A stretch of 64,000 nucleotides of DNA from Abditibacterium sp. (GCA_965199495.1 CBDASK010000003.1:1600001-1664000); one strand, 5' to 3'. Positions 1-10,545 are shown, numbered from the stretch's first letter. Notes: a model not told the origin generated them from the letters alone. Numbers and translations: made by a program.

Positions 1-2
1 TC

Positions 3-431
3 TGCGTCGGGTTGGCGCCCGATGGAACGGCGTCGAATAACAATCTCGATATGTGGGAAGAACTTAGATTAGTCGCCACGCTCCACAAAGCCACGACGGG
101 CGACGCCACGATGATTTCGGCGCGCGAAGCTCTGCAAATGGCGACCCTTGACGGCGCGCGTTGTCTGGGAATTTCCGATCAAACTGGCTCGCTCGAAAGG
201 GGCAAAAAAGCCGATATCGTTTTAGTGGACTTCGACAAACCGCATCTGACGCCGCGTCATAACGTGGTTTCGCATCTGGTTTATGCGGCGGGCGCCTCGG
301 ACGTTTCGAGCGTGATGGTGGACGGCAATTGGCTCTTGAAAAACGGCGAATGGAAAACGTTGGATGTCAAAGAAATCTGCGCCACCGCAGAAGCGATGGC
401 GCAGGATTTAGTCGCGCAGGCGGGCAGTTGA
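3..431 (+). CDS. Amidohydrolase (MtaD/SsnA-like deaminase), C-terminal part; truncated at the window edge
   Basis: The frame is open from the window start. Motifs VGLAPDGTASNNNLDMWEE, ALQMATLDGA, GSLERGKKADIVLVD and VSSVMVDG are typical of the amidohydrolase C-terminus. Confidence 0.85.
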   Translation, partial: CVGLAPDGTASNNNLDMWEELRLVATLHKATTGDATMISAREALQMATLDGARCLGISDQTGSLERGKKADIVLVDFDKPHLTPRHNVVSHLVYAAGASDVSSVMVDGNWLLKNGEWKTLDVKEICATAEAMAQDLVAQAGS

Positions 432-438
432 ATCCACT

Positions 439-1305
439 CTATTTCAAATTGCCGATCATTCGTTTGTGCGTGACGCTGCCCAGATCGGTGGCCGTGGCTC
501 CGACTTGCGGCAACTTATCGAGAAACGCGAAATTTTCCATCGCGTCGCCGCTTTGATATTTATCGGCCAATTGTTCCAAGGTTTCGTCGGTCACGCCCGC
601 ATAAGAAACGTGCTTGACGTAACTACCGACCGCGTCGCGATATTGCGAATAGAGCGTGAGCGTGGAATCGTCGCGATTGTAGAGCGCCGTCGCATAGCCA
701 CTGCACATCGTGGGCGGAAACGTGTTGAGTTTCTGGTCGAAATTCCAGTTGAGCCGAATTGTCCGAGCTTTAGCATCGTCTTTTAACACCCGCGACAACA
801 AAGCGAGCGGTTGCGCCGATTCGGCCTTAATCTGCACCGCATCACCTCTGTGGATGACCAGAGGAGAAATCGTTACGGGCACGGTCACCGCATTCGGCGC
901 ATCGCCCATCGGTTCGCCCAATTCGGCCAAATCGGCGGCGGCGTCCGCGACGCGTTTGGTGCGCGTGCAAAGGTTGGTTTGCAATTGGTCGTCGCCCTTA
1001 TTTTTAAAAGCGTAGACGAGATAATCGCGGTCGCGGTCGAACACGATGCCGCACGCGGCGCTTTCGCTGTTAGACACAACAGCAGCCACGTCGCCTTGGA
1101 CGCCCTTCCACTTTTTGGAAACGGCGAACTGAAACGTGTTGGTGCCCTTACTTTTCTCGACCGAAGTCACTTTACCCACGAAAACCGCCGCCGATTGTTC
1201 GAGCGCGATTTTAGGAGCAGGCGGCGGCGCGCAACTGCACGCCTGAGCGATGGACGGGGCCGCGCACAAAGCGCCCGCGAGAACGAGTTTGAAAATGTTG
1301 TTCAT
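439..1305 (-). CDS. Secreted TIMP/NTR-like domain protein
   Basis: Signal peptide ending AQA, then CSC, AVFVGKV, V.KKWKG, SAACG, YLVYA and LCTRT, matching the bacterial TIMP-like pattern. Confidence 0.7.
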   Translation of the reverse strand: MNNIFKLVLAGALCAAPSIAQACSCAPPPAPKIALEQSAAVFVGKVTSVEKSKGTNTFQFAVSKKWKGVQGDVAAVVSNSESAACGIVFDRDRDYLVYAFKNKGDDQLQTNLCTRTKRVADAAADLAELGEPMGDAPNAVTVPVTISPLVIHRGDAVQIKAESAQPLALLSRVLKDDAKARTIRLNWNFDQKLNTFPPTMCSGYATALYNRDDSTLTLYSQYRDAVGSYVKHVSYAGVTDETLEQLADKYQSGDAMENFAFLDKLPQVGATATDLGSVTHKRMIGNLK

Positions 1306-1349
1306 GGAATTTCTGCGATTAAAGACTGCGTTATGGCGCGCGATGTTCC

Positions 1350-1385
1350 AAAAAAGCCCGCGAATTGGATTCGCGGGCTTTTGTT
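1350..1385 (-). terminator. Intrinsic terminator downstream of the DUF3072 gene
   Basis: Stem AAAAGCCCGCGAAT/ATTCGCGGGCTTTT followed by a T-run on the minus strand. Confidence 0.7.
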
Positions 1386-1404
1386 GTGGGTTCGCAGCGA
1401 CAAT

Positions 1405-1650
1405 TTACTTGCCGCGCCCGGTTTTCTCCTGCAATTCGTCAATGCGCTTGGAAGCGTCGGCTTTGTTGAGCGTGTCGTCGAACGGCTCGTTCGCTTGATC
1501 GGACAGCGTCTTCAAATACGATTTCTGCGCGCCGGTCATCGGCTCTTCGCCAGTCGCCCAGGTGTCGGGGTCTTTCACCGCGTTCGAGTTCTCGCCGGTG
1601 TTGATTTCGTCATGCGTTTTGGGGGTCGAATCTTGATTTTGTGTGGCCAT
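1405..1650 (-). CDS. DUF3072-family small protein
   Basis: KDPDTWATGEEPMTGAQKSYLKTL...KADASKRIDELQ signature. ATG at 1650 chosen as the start. Confidence 0.8.
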   Translation of the reverse strand: MATQNQDSTPKTHDEINTGENSNAVKDPDTWATGEEPMTGAQKSYLKTLSDQANEPFDDTLNKADASKRIDELQEKTGRGK

Positions 1651-1754
1651 AATAATTGGTTTTATCTCCGTCAATGAAATCAAGCAAAGCCAATGCCAAA
1701 AATTTAGCTTTTGGGAAAACAACGCTGGCTAATTCGCTGCATAATCTCGTTTTT

Positions 1755-3095
1755 ATGCGCGCAATTTTGGCTTTGACAGCAGTCGTAACTTTGGGGCTGA
1801 GCGTTTCGCCGACGCAGGCCCAGATCAAAATCGTCGGACAGAACTCGAACCTTTCGACGCCGAGCGTTGTTTTGCCCGCGATTCCCTCGCGCGGCACGAC
1901 GCCGACGGTTGGCGTGCCAAGAGTTGCGAGTCCGAAAGTGATTAATTCCGGCGTCAACGACGGCGTGACCGTGATGGGTGCGCCCATACCGAAAGTTTCG
2001 GCGTCGCGCGCCAAATACGAACCGGCGGGCGACAAGGTTTATCACGGCGCGTCCCTCCCCGACGCATGGAGCGAGAACGGTTTGCGGCGCCAAATCGCCG
2101 ATTATAACGAGGCGGCGGGCAAGAAAATTTCAGTCGTGACGTGGTTTGCCTCGGCCTACGAAAAGGGCCGCATGACGAGTTGGAGCCAATCTTATGCGCC
2201 CAACATGGCGCGCGTGCAGCGTTTGGGCGCGGTTTCGCTCATCAAGTTTTCTACCCAAGATTACGCGTGGGATCAAACCCACAAAATGGCCGACTTAAAG
2301 TCCATCGCGCGCGGCACATGGGACGATTATTTTAAGCAAGCGGCGCTGGCCGTAAAGCAGTTTGGTGGGCCGGTTTTCATTTCGATTGACCACGAAATGA
2401 ACGGCAACTGGTATCCCTACTCGCAAGCCTATCCCGGCGCGGACACGACGGCGGCGGATTACGTGGCGGCTTGGCGGCGCATTGTCACGATTTTCAACCA
2501 AAACGGCGCCAACAACGTCGCGTGGGTCTGGTCGCCCAATGTGCCCGATGTCGGCGGCGTCGGCTATGAAGCGTATTATCCCGGCGACAGTTATGTGGAT
2601 TGGGTCGGCGTTTCGCTGTATTCGGGCAACGACCCGACGGCGATGGACGATATTTACCAAAAATATGCGGCGAAGAAACCGTTTTTCATTACCGAATGGG
2701 CGACGGCGCCCGAAAAGAATCGCTATAACTCGCAGTTTCCCGGCGAGGTCGCGTGGGTCAAAGAGTTTTTCGATTCGCTCAACGAGCGTTATCCGCGCGT
2801 CAAAGCGATTTCGTGGTTCAACTGGAATCAGGGCGATGGCGACTATCGTTTGCAGCGCGTGCCCGAACAGGCCAAAGCCTACGCGGGCGACGTGGCTGCA
2901 CCGCGCTATCTGGCCAGCGCCGGAGATTTGGTCGCCGATAACACGCAACCCGCATTGCCGCGTTTGGACGTGCCGGGCCGCGAAGTTGTCTTAAAAGACG
3001 CCCCCAAAGTCGTTGATCCGAAGCCGCAAGCCGCGCCGCTTCAGCGCACGTTATTAGATCGCGTTCGCATTCAAACGGTGCCCACGCAACGGTAA
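1755..3095 (+). CDS. Secreted glycoside hydrolase family 26 (beta-mannanase-like)
   Basis: Signal peptide; motifs HEMNGNWYP, WVWSPN, YYPGDSYVDWVGVS and KPFFITEW. Confidence 0.85.
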   Translation: MRAILALTAVVTLGLSVSPTQAQIKIVGQNSNLSTPSVVLPAIPSRGTTPTVGVPRVASPKVINSGVNDGVTVMGAPIPKVSASRAKYEPAGDKVYHGASLPDAWSENGLRRQIADYNEAAGKKISVVTWFASAYEKGRMTSWSQSYAPNMARVQRLGAVSLIKFSTQDYAWDQTHKMADLKSIARGTWDDYFKQAALAVKQFGGPVFISIDHEMNGNWYPYSQAYPGADTTAADYVAAWRRIVTIFNQNGANNVAWVWSPNVPDVGGVGYEAYYPGDSYVDWVGVSLYSGNDPTAMDDIYQKYAAKKPFFITEWATAPEKNRYNSQFPGEVAWVKEFFDSLNERYPRVKAISWFNWNQGDGDYRLQRVPEQAKAYAGDVAAPRYLASAGDLVADNTQPALPRLDVPGREVVLKDAPKVVDPKPQAAPLQRTLLDRVRIQTVPTQR

Positions 3096-3126
3096 TTTGG
3101 CCGAGCCAAACAATTTTGCACTTACA

Positions 3127-3293
3127 ATTTGTCATTCTGAGCGCGGGCGCCCTCTGGGCAGCAGGAACGAACGCAGTCGAAAAATATACAGGTTGCGAGT
3201 GAACTCGACTTTCGTCGGTAATCTTACGTCATGGATTCTTCGACTGCGTTCGTTCCTGCTGCCCAGAGGGCGCCCGCGCTCAGAATGACAAAT
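3127..3293. repeat. Palindromic REP-like element, family A (TGTCATT...AATGACA)
   Basis: Inverted arms of about 55 bp (ATTTGTCATTCTGAGCGCGGGCGCCC.../...GGGCGCCCGCGCTCAGAATGACAAAT). A near-identical copy lies at 7249-7413. Confidence 0.9.
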
Positions 3294-3331
3294 GTGGCGC
3301 ATCTTGCACGTTCAAATGGCACTAATTTTCC

Positions 3332-6061
3332 TCAACTTAGTGTCTTAGTCATGTCGCGCAACGTTTCGACTAACTTGCTGGGCACAATCGGTTTGGTCAA
3401 ATGATTCTGAAAGCCCGCTTCCAATGCGCGCGCGCGGTCTTCGTTGCGGGCGTAGGCCGTAAGAGCCACGGCGGGCGTGTGACCGCCACATTCGGTGGAA
3501 AGCGCGCGCACGCTTTCGATGAGCGAATAGCCGTCGGAACCTGGCATGCCGATGTCCGACAGCAAAATGTCGGGGCGAAACTGTTCCAGAATTTCCAGCG
3601 CTTGCTCGGCGTTGCCAGCGATTTCGATTTGCGCGCCGTAACGCGTCAAAACCAACTGTAACATCTCGCGCGCGTCGGCTTCGTCGTCCACGATCAAAAT
3701 TTTGACGCCCCGCAAACTTTGCTGCGCGTCGGGCGCCGCTTCGCCATCCGCACTTGCGCCCAATTCATCCGTGCTGTGGGCGCCCAAAACCGGCGCGATT
3801 GGCAAATGAACGCGAAAGGTGCTGCCCTGCCCCAGACCCGGAGAATCCACGCTGACGCTCCCGCCGTGTTGCTCGACCAAATGGCGCACGATGGAAAGGC
3901 CCAAACCCAAACCGCCCGTCGCGCGCGTAGACGAGGCGTCAGCCTGACGGAAGCGCTCGAAGACGTGCGGCAGAAATTCGGGCGCGATGCCCGCGCCCGA
4001 ATCGGTGATTTCCAAAGCGTATCCCGAATCTTCGCGCGCGAGTTTTACCTTGACTTGACCGCCGCGCGGCGTGAACTTAACGGCATTGGCAATCAGATTC
4101 CACGCGACCTGCTGCAAGCGGTCGGCGTCGCCGACGCTACCCGCGCCGCGCGCGGGCAGGTCGGCCAGCAGAGCCACGCCCTTGACGCGCGCCGTCGGCT
4201 CGACGGTTTCGATGGCCGCGCGCACCACCTCGCTCAGATCAATTGAAATCAGTTCGAGTTTCAATTTGCCCGAAATAATGCGCGAAACATCCAATAAATC
4301 GTTGACGATTTGCGCCTGGGCGCGCGTGTTGCGCTCGATGACATCGTAGGCTTGCTTGCGAAAATCGGCGTCGGGATCATCGGTTTTGAGCAGTTCCAGC
4401 CAACCCAAAATTGGCGTCAGTGGCGTGCGCAGTTCGTGCGAAACGACGGCCAAAAATTCGTCTTTGAGGCGATTGGCGTTTTCGGCTTCTAAGCGCGCTT
4501 TCTCTTCGTTTTGCAACGCCTCCGCGCGATGCGCATCGGCGATTTTGGCATCGTCAATGTCGGTGCAGGTGCCAAACCATTGGACGATTTGACCGCGCTT
4601 GTCGCGCAGTGCCAGCGCGCGCGCCAGAAACCAGTGATATTCGCCGTCGCTGCGCCGCAAGCGATATTCGATTTCGTAGGGAGCGCCGCTATCAATCGAA
4701 TACTGCCAACGTATGCGCGCGCGGTCAACGTCGTCGGGATGCAACGGCATCGCCCAACCGCTACCGAAACTCTGCGCGGGCGAAAGCCCGGTGAACTGAT
4801 ACCAACGCTGGTTAAAATAGACGTGCGCGCCGCTCGCGTTGGTCATCCACACCATTTGTGGCATCTGTTCAGTGACCAAACGATATCGCTCTTCGAGCGC
4901 CGCCAGTGCCGCTTTCTCGCGTTGCGCAGCCTCGAACAAACGCGCATTTTCCAGCGAAAGCGCGGCCTGTCCGGCCAAGCCCTGAATCAAATGTTCGGCG
5001 TTTTTGCCGAAATTATTGGCTTTGGGATGCGCCAAAAACAGCGCGCCCAGCCACAAGCCCGAACGCGCTACAATCGGCGCCGCTAAATACGAAGCCACGG
5101 CGCCGCCCGCGCCAAACGGCGTGCGCAGTTTGGGCGCCCGATCCGTGTCGCGAATCTCGATGCCCTCGAAACGCGCGTCAGTTTGCAAATCGTCGGCTTG
5201 AATTGTTTCGGCACTTTCAACCGAAATCGCGTTGGAGCGCAACGCGTCGCCAAACGCGATGGGTTCTGGGCCAAACATCGCGCGCGGGTCGAGCGGCGAC
5301 AGCGCGTATTCGGGATTGGCCACATCTGGCCCGCACGAATAGGGCGGCGCCACGCTTTCCTGGGGCGACGGCAAAAACGCGCCGATGGTGGCGCCCGTCA
5401 GGTCAACCGCCGCTTGCGTAATCGCTTCGACCAATTTGCCCGCATCTAATTCGCCCGCTACAATGCGCCCGATTCGGTATAAAGTCGCGGTAATTTCGGT
5501 CTCTTCGCGCAACCGAATTTCGGTGAGTTTGCGGAGGCTGATGTCTTCGTGCGTAACAACCACGCGCGTTGGCTCCTTTGTTTCGGGTGCGGGCACGCTA
5601 TTCCAAAACCGCGTGGCGCGCAGGGCATACCAACGCTGCTGGTTGGGCGCATGACACGGATATTCCAGATAAAATTCGTCGCGTTGCCCGCCCAAGACTT
5701 CGCCCAGCCCCTGTAAAACCAAGGGCGCCTCTTCGGCGTTGGCGCCGGTCGCGCGCGCGCAAACCGCCAGATAATTGGCGCCCAAACCGTAGGATTCGCC
5801 GCTAAAATCATTGGATTGGGCGTAGCGGCGCCACGCCGCGTTGATCGAAATAATGGTGCCACCTTCGTCCAAAATCGCCAGATGCGCGGGCAGCGAATCT
5901 ATCGTCGCCTGCAAAACCGGCGACGCGACATCCGAAGCGATGCCATCGCGAACGACAGTTGCATCGGAATTCCCAACACTCAAATCTGGTTGGGACGAAA
6001 CGGAATTATCGCAAGATTGCTCGGAACAGCAAACCGGATTCGGCAAAACAAGAAACGACAT
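3332..6061 (-). CDS. Hybrid sensor histidine kinase (PAS-GAF-PAS-HisKA-HATPase-REC)
   Basis: H-box SHELRTPL, N-box NLIANAVKF, G-boxes DSGAGI and GLGLGL, C-terminal receiver (ILIVDDE...LLSDIGMP...KP). Confidence 0.92.
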   Translation of the reverse strand: MSFLVLPNPVCCSEQSCDNSVSSQPDLSVGNSDATVVRDGIASDVASPVLQATIDSLPAHLAILDEGGTIISINAAWRRYAQSNDFSGESYGLGANYLAVCARATGANAEEAPLVLQGLGEVLGGQRDEFYLEYPCHAPNQQRWYALRATRFWNSVPAPETKEPTRVVVTHEDISLRKLTEIRLREETEITATLYRIGRIVAGELDAGKLVEAITQAAVDLTGATIGAFLPSPQESVAPPYSCGPDVANPEYALSPLDPRAMFGPEPIAFGDALRSNAISVESAETIQADDLQTDARFEGIEIRDTDRAPKLRTPFGAGGAVASYLAAPIVARSGLWLGALFLAHPKANNFGKNAEHLIQGLAGQAALSLENARLFEAAQREKAALAALEERYRLVTEQMPQMVWMTNASGAHVYFNQRWYQFTGLSPAQSFGSGWAMPLHPDDVDRARIRWQYSIDSGAPYEIEYRLRRSDGEYHWFLARALALRDKRGQIVQWFGTCTDIDDAKIADAHRAEALQNEEKARLEAENANRLKDEFLAVVSHELRTPLTPILGWLELLKTDDPDADFRKQAYDVIERNTRAQAQIVNDLLDVSRIISGKLKLELISIDLSEVVRAAIETVEPTARVKGVALLADLPARGAGSVGDADRLQQVAWNLIANAVKFTPRGGQVKVKLAREDSGYALEITDSGAGIAPEFLPHVFERFRQADASSTRATGGLGLGLSIVRHLVEQHGGSVSVDSPGLGQGSTFRVHLPIAPVLGAHSTDELGASADGEAAPDAQQSLRGVKILIVDDEADAREMLQLVLTRYGAQIEIAGNAEQALEILEQFRPDILLSDIGMPGSDGYSLIESVRALSTECGGHTPAVALTAYARNEDRARALEAGFQNHLTKPIVPSKLVETLRDMTKTLS

Positions 6062-6141
6062 AACGACATAAAGCGCGCTAAAATTGGAAAGTTAGGACGA
6101 AATAAGACGCGTCAAGTTGCCGCGCCTTAATATAAAGCGAT

Positions 6142-6170
6142 ATTATTCTCGACCTAATATCAGTTGTCAA
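6142..6170 (-). promoter_or_regulatory. Putative sigma70 promoter for the hybrid kinase
   Basis: The minus strand reads TTGACA-N17-AATAAT. Confidence 0.5.
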
Positions 6171-6192
6171 CAGAAGGAAAGCAAAGAAAAGT

Positions 6193-6221
6193 TTGACGTT
6201 TTACGCCATCTCTACTAAAAT
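6193..6221 (+). promoter_or_regulatory. Putative sigma70 promoter for the 6439 gene
   Basis: TTGACG-N17-TAAAAT. Confidence 0.6.
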
Positions 6222-6438
6222 TGTTTCAACGGTGTAAATCCCACGTAACTTTTAGAATTAAGCGGCCAAAATCAAGGTCGCGCGCAACAAAGGCGCAAAG
6301 GTTCGATTTCACGAGTGTAGGCAACATGGATACTGCATTTTTGAGCGAATTTGAGCGTGAATTGAAGGGCGCAATTTGATTTGGCGGGTTGTTTTTAGCG
6401 GAAACGGCGATGCTCACCGTTAACAGGAGAATTTAGAA

Positions 6439-7164
6439 ATGCAGAAAATCATCAACAGTGTCGCTCTGGCGACCATCGCCCTCGCGGCGACAGCGGGCGC
6501 GGCTCACGCCGACCTCAACATTTCGGGCGCCGTCGGTTTGCCGCTCAACCCGACCGCTCAGATTCCAGCGCAGGGCGGCGCGCGCATCCAGGGCAACTAC
6601 TACGACCTGGCCAGCGGCACTTCTTACTACGGTTTGTTCGGCGCTGCGCGCGTCGGCGAGAAAATCGAAGTCAACGGCGGCGTTGACAAGCTGGAGAACT
6701 ACAAAACCGGTTTCGCGATTGGCGCCAAATATCTGATTACTCGCGAGAGCGATCCGGCGGGCGTGCGTTTGGCCGTGGGCGCCGGTTACAACGAGGCTTT
6801 GCTGAAAAATACCAACGCTTATGTTGTGGCCAGCAAATATCTGGGTCAGGTCGCTGATGGTCGCACCCCGATCACGGGTCATCTGGGCGTGCGCTACGAC
6901 AACTTCGACGCGTTTGGCGGCAACTCGGACAAGTTCTCGGTTTTCGCGGGCGCCGAAGTGCCGATCACGCAGACCGGCGACATCAGCGCCGTCGGTGAAG
7001 TGGGCACCAAAATCGCCGATGGCGGCAAAGTTCCCTACTCGATTGGCGTGCGTTATCGTCCCCAAGGCCGTCCGTTCGGCGCTTCGGTCGGTTTGGCGCA
7101 ACAGGGCATCGGCAGCGGTGGCCGCGTTTACGCGCAGATCGGTTATACCTTCAACACCAAATAA
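6439..7164 (+). CDS. Secreted, probably outer-membrane beta-barrel protein
   Basis: SD AGGAGA, signal peptide ending AHA, Gly/aromatic-rich alternating strands, C-terminal YAQIGYTF, strongly biased codon use. Confidence 0.65.
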   Translation: MQKIINSVALATIALAATAGAAHADLNISGAVGLPLNPTAQIPAQGGARIQGNYYDLASGTSYYGLFGAARVGEKIEVNGGVDKLENYKTGFAIGAKYLITRESDPAGVRLAVGAGYNEALLKNTNAYVVASKYLGQVADGRTPITGHLGVRYDNFDAFGGNSDKFSVFAGAEVPITQTGDISAVGEVGTKIADGGKVPYSIGVRYRPQGRPFGASVGLAQQGIGSGGRVYAQIGYTFNTK

Positions 7165-7176
7165 ACTTTGGCGTTG

Positions 7177-7220
7177 AAACCCAAAAGCCCGCGACTGGCG
7201 TCGCGGGCTTTTTTGGGTTT
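7177..7220 (+). terminator. Intrinsic terminator
   Basis: AAAAGCCCGCGAC-TGGC-GTCGCGGGCTTTTTT right after the stop codon. Confidence 0.8.
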
Positions 7221-7248
7221 ATCAAGGCGACGTGGCTGCTGACGCGCG

Positions 7249-7413
7249 CTTTGTCATTCTGAGCGCGGGCGCCCTTTGGGCAGCAGGGACGAACGCAGTC
7301 GAAGAATCCATAACTCTCGATGAGGATAAAGCGAAATCGTCGCGCGACCTATGGATTCTTCGACTGCGTTCGTCCCTGCTGCCCAAAGGGCGCCCGCGCT
7401 CAGAATGACAAAG
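7249..7413. repeat. Palindromic REP-like element, family A
   Basis: Long inverted arms; near-identical to 3127-3293. Confidence 0.9.
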
Positions 7414-7433
7414 ATGCGTAACGCATTTAATCG

Positions 7434-8123
7434 CTACCGTTCTGCCGCTTTAATCGCCGCGCGAATGCCCTGTTCCAATCGTTGCGTCGCGATTTCGCGT
7501 GCCTCGCGCTTGGGCAAATCCTGCAAATCGTCCAATGAAATCGGCGCGCCGTAATGAACACTGACGCGGCCCAGCGTCGGGCGTGGCATCAACTCGCCAT
7601 AAGGCACGATTTGACCTGCGCCCGCCAAACCGACCGGCACGATGGTCGCGCCGCTTTTGAGCGCCAGTTGCAACACGCCCGGAAGTAGCGCCGCGAGTTT
7701 GCCATCGGGCGCGATGCGGCCTTCGGGAAAAACGACCAAGGCTTCGCCGCGCGCTAAAATGCCCGCCGCTTTGCGCAACGCCGCGCGGTCGGGCGCGCCC
7801 GGATCAACGGGAAACGAGCCGACCAAATCCAAAACCGGCGCCAGCCATCCGATTTGCCACAGTTCGCGCTTGGCCATATAACCCGTCGGACGCAGCGTCG
7901 CCGCGCCGATGAGAAGTGGGTCGGCATCCGAAATGTGATTCGACGCCAGAATAACCGCGCCCGTGCGCGGCACATTTTGGCGGCCCGTCACACGAAAACG
8001 CGGCGCCATCGCGCGCATCAAAAAGCGCGCGAACAGTTGCACGATGGGAAACCAGCGCCGGTAGAACGGCGTAAATGCCGAATCGGTTTCGGAGCGGAAG
8101 AAAGAAGGTTTGTCGAGGCTCAC
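7434..8123 (-). CDS. plsC: 1-acyl-sn-glycerol-3-phosphate acyltransferase
   Basis: NHISDAD (HX4D), MAKREL and VFPEGR motifs. Confidence 0.85.
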   Translation of the reverse strand: MSLDKPSFFRSETDSAFTPFYRRWFPIVQLFARFLMRAMAPRFRVTGRQNVPRTGAVILASNHISDADPLLIGAATLRPTGYMAKRELWQIGWLAPVLDLVGSFPVDPGAPDRAALRKAAGILARGEALVVFPEGRIAPDGKLAALLPGVLQLALKSGATIVPVGLAGAGQIVPYGELMPRPTLGRVSVHYGAPISLDDLQDLPKREAREIATQRLEQGIRAAIKAAER

Positions 8124-8166
8124 GATTTGTAGTTTGATTGGATTGAGTTGCGCGCCGTCGGACGCA

Positions 8167-8742
8167 CTATTTGCCGCGATGAATGGCGCTCCACTTGACT
8201 AATTCGGCGCTCATCTTTTCCAGCGATTGCGCCAACTTTTCGTCTTTGAGTTGGCCGTTTTCGTCGAAGGCGCCATACGATTTGGCAATCGAAAGTTGCG
8301 AGGGAATCGCCCACAGGTGCAGTTGGCGCGCGATGCCGCGCAAATGCGAGAGCGCCTGAATCGCGCCGATTTGACCAGCAGCCACGCCGAGCAGGGCGAC
8401 GACTTTGCCCTCGAAATCGGCAATCGAAGCCAAATCCAACGCGTTTTTTAAAGCGCCCGAATACGAACCGTGATATTCGGGCGTCGCCCACAACAAGCCG
8501 TCGGCGCCGCGAATGGCGGTTAATAGTTTTTCGGCGTCGGGCCATTCGTTGGGATTCCAATCGCTCGACGCGAACGGCAATTGGAGTTCGCGCAAATCGA
8601 GCAGTATCGTCTCACCGCCCGCGCGCTCTGCGGAATCCAGCGCCAATTGCAACGCGCGACGCGTGGTCGAATCGGCACTCAGGCTGCCGCAAATGCCGAC
8701 GATGACGGGCGAATCGGCGGATTGAGATTGAGGAATTTCCAT
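8167..8742 (-). CDS. NADPH-dependent FMN reductase
   Basis: GICGSLS and ADGLLWATPEYHGSYSGALKNALD. Confidence 0.9.
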   Translation of the reverse strand: MEIPQSQSADSPVIVGICGSLSADSTTRRALQLALDSAERAGGETILLDLRELQLPFASSDWNPNEWPDAEKLLTAIRGADGLLWATPEYHGSYSGALKNALDLASIADFEGKVVALLGVAAGQIGAIQALSHLRGIARQLHLWAIPSQLSIAKSYGAFDENGQLKDEKLAQSLEKMSAELVKWSAIHRGK

Positions 8743-8800
8743 GAATTTGAGTTAATCCCTTTGGCGTTGGGTGCGCAAATGTGGCGACTGTCGAAGCTCA

Positions 8801-8890
8801 CGCGACAAGCGGGGCTGACGCACCCTTCCAATCGTCAATCTTTCGACACAATCCGCCGATTGGAAGGGTGCGTCAGCCCCGCTTGTCGCG
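8801..8890. repeat. Palindromic REP-like element, family C (GCGGGGCTG...CCTTCCAATC)
   Basis: Perfect inverted arms; related copies at 48768-48838 and 50715-50798. Confidence 0.85.
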
Positions 8891-8981
8891 AAGCGCGCTC
8901 TGTGAGGATTTACCCTTATCCAAAGCACAATTCGCGCGCGACTTGTCAAACTATGCGCGTGCCGATTTTCCGGTCGCTCCA

Positions 8982-10532
8982 ATGAATCAACCTCAAGCCC
9001 TTTACCGCAGTTTCGGATTGTTACTGGCTCTCCTGCTTTTTCTGGTCGGGCTTTCGCTTTATAACTTCCGTCTGCTCGGCCAAGCCAGCGCCTATAGCAC
9101 GCGCTCCTATCAAACGCTGCTCGAAAGCGAGGGGCTGATGCAATCGCTACTCAACATGGAAACCGGCGTGCGCGGCTATCTGCTGACTGGCGACGAGCAA
9201 TTTTTGGATCCCTACAACAGTGGGCGCGCCAATTATCAGGTGCATCTGGCGAACGTCAACGAGTTGATGAAAAGCTCGCCCGAACAGATCGTGCGCTTGC
9301 AAGAGTTGGATCGGTTGCAGCATAAATGGCTCGACACCATGATTGCGCCCGCCATCGAGCAACGGCGCGACGCGGCGACGATGCAGGAGGGTTTGGCGGC
9401 GGCTTCGACGCAGGCCATCGAACGCAAAGCCGCGATGGACGATATGCGCAACACCATCGTGCGCATCGAAGATCAGGAAAAAACATTATTGCAAGCGCGC
9501 GGCGAACAACTGGCGCAACGGCGCAGTGGCTTCATCTGGATTTTGTGGGGCGGCGGTTTGTTCTCGATTGTGATTACCGCCGCGCTCGCGGCTTTCGCGG
9601 CGCGCGCCGCCGGACAAATCGCATTGGCGCAGGCCCGCTTGGAAACCAGCAACCGCGAACTGCTTGCCTCGAAAACGCAGGTCGAAGCCGAAAACGCGCA
9701 ACGCCGCGCCGCCGAGGCAAAACTGCGCGAGGCCGTGCAGGATTTGCAACGATCTAACGCCGAATTGGAGCAGTTCGCCTACGTCGCCTCGCACGATTTG
9801 CAGGAGCCACTGCGCGCCGTGGCTGGCTGCGTACAGGTCTTGCAAAAACGCTACGGCGGCAAACTCGATGCGCGCGCCGACCAGTTCATCGAACACGCCG
9901 TGAGCGGCGCGCAACGGATGCAAAACCTCATCAACGATTTGCTGGCCTACTCGCGCGTCGGCACCCACGGCAAACCGTTCGAGGACGTTGCGCTCGATAA
10001 AATCGCCGACTACGCGCTGCAAAACCTGAGCGAACGCATCAAAGAAACCGGCGTCATCGTCACGCGCGACGCCTTGCCGCAGGTTTGGGGCGACGGCGGC
10101 CAACTCGAACTGGTGTTGCAGAATTTGGTTTCTAACGCGCTCAAATTTCGCGGCGAAACCGAGCCGCAGGTTCACATCGGTTACCAACTGCGCCGCGCGT
10201 TGCGCCCGGTTGGCAATGACGGCGCAACGGCTTTGAGCGACGAAGCCCAACATGTGATTTCGGTGCGCGATAACGGATTGGGCATCGAACCGCAATATTT
10301 TCAGCGTATTTTCGTGATGTTCCAGCGTCTGCATACGCGCACCGAATTTCCCGGAACGGGCATCGGTCTGGCGATTTGCAAAAAAATCGTCGAGCGTCAC
10401 GGCGGTTCGATTGGCGTCGAAAGCGTGCCGGGCGAAGGCGCGACATTCTGGTTTTCGCTTCCGGTTCACGCTGAGAATAGAAGCGAAAATGGAATAGAAT
10501 CGCCCGCGCCTGTGGCAACCGGCGCGAATTGA
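8982..10532 (+). CDS. CHASE3-domain sensor histidine kinase
   Basis: TM helix, CHASE3 motif [21 protein letters not shown], second [16 protein letters not shown], HATPase boxes. The ORF extension upstream of 8982 is repeat sequence. Confidence 0.9.
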   Translation: MNQPQALYRSFGLLLALLLFLVGLSLYNFRLLGQASAYSTRSYQTLLESEGLMQSLLNMETGVRGYLLTGDEQFLDPYNSGRANYQVHLANVNELMKSSPEQIVRLQELDRLQHKWLDTMIAPAIEQRRDAATMQEGLAAASTQAIERKAAMDDMRNTIVRIEDQEKTLLQARGEQLAQRRSGFIWILWGGGLFSIVITAALAAFAARAAGQIALAQARLETSNRELLASKTQVEAENAQRRAAEAKLREAVQDLQRSNAELEQFAYVASHDLQEPLRAVAGCVQVLQKRYGGKLDARADQFIEHAVSGAQRMQNLINDLLAYSRVGTHGKPFEDVALDKIADYALQNLSERIKETGVIVTRDALPQVWGDGGQLELVLQNLVSNALKFRGETEPQVHIGYQLRRALRPVGNDGATALSDEAQHVISVRDNGLGIEPQYFQRIFVMFQRLHTRTEFPGTGIGLAICKKIVERHGGSIGVESVPGEGATFWFSLPVHAENRSENGIESPAPVATGAN

Positions 10533-10545
10533 GGTAAAGTTATTC

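Noticed and set aside
8781..8981. ORF-track N-terminal extensions of the CHASE3 kinase, and likewise of the LOG, HAD, EmrB and WD40 genes
   Set aside because: These extensions run through palindromic repeats or an upstream gene; downstream ATGs give normal N-termini.
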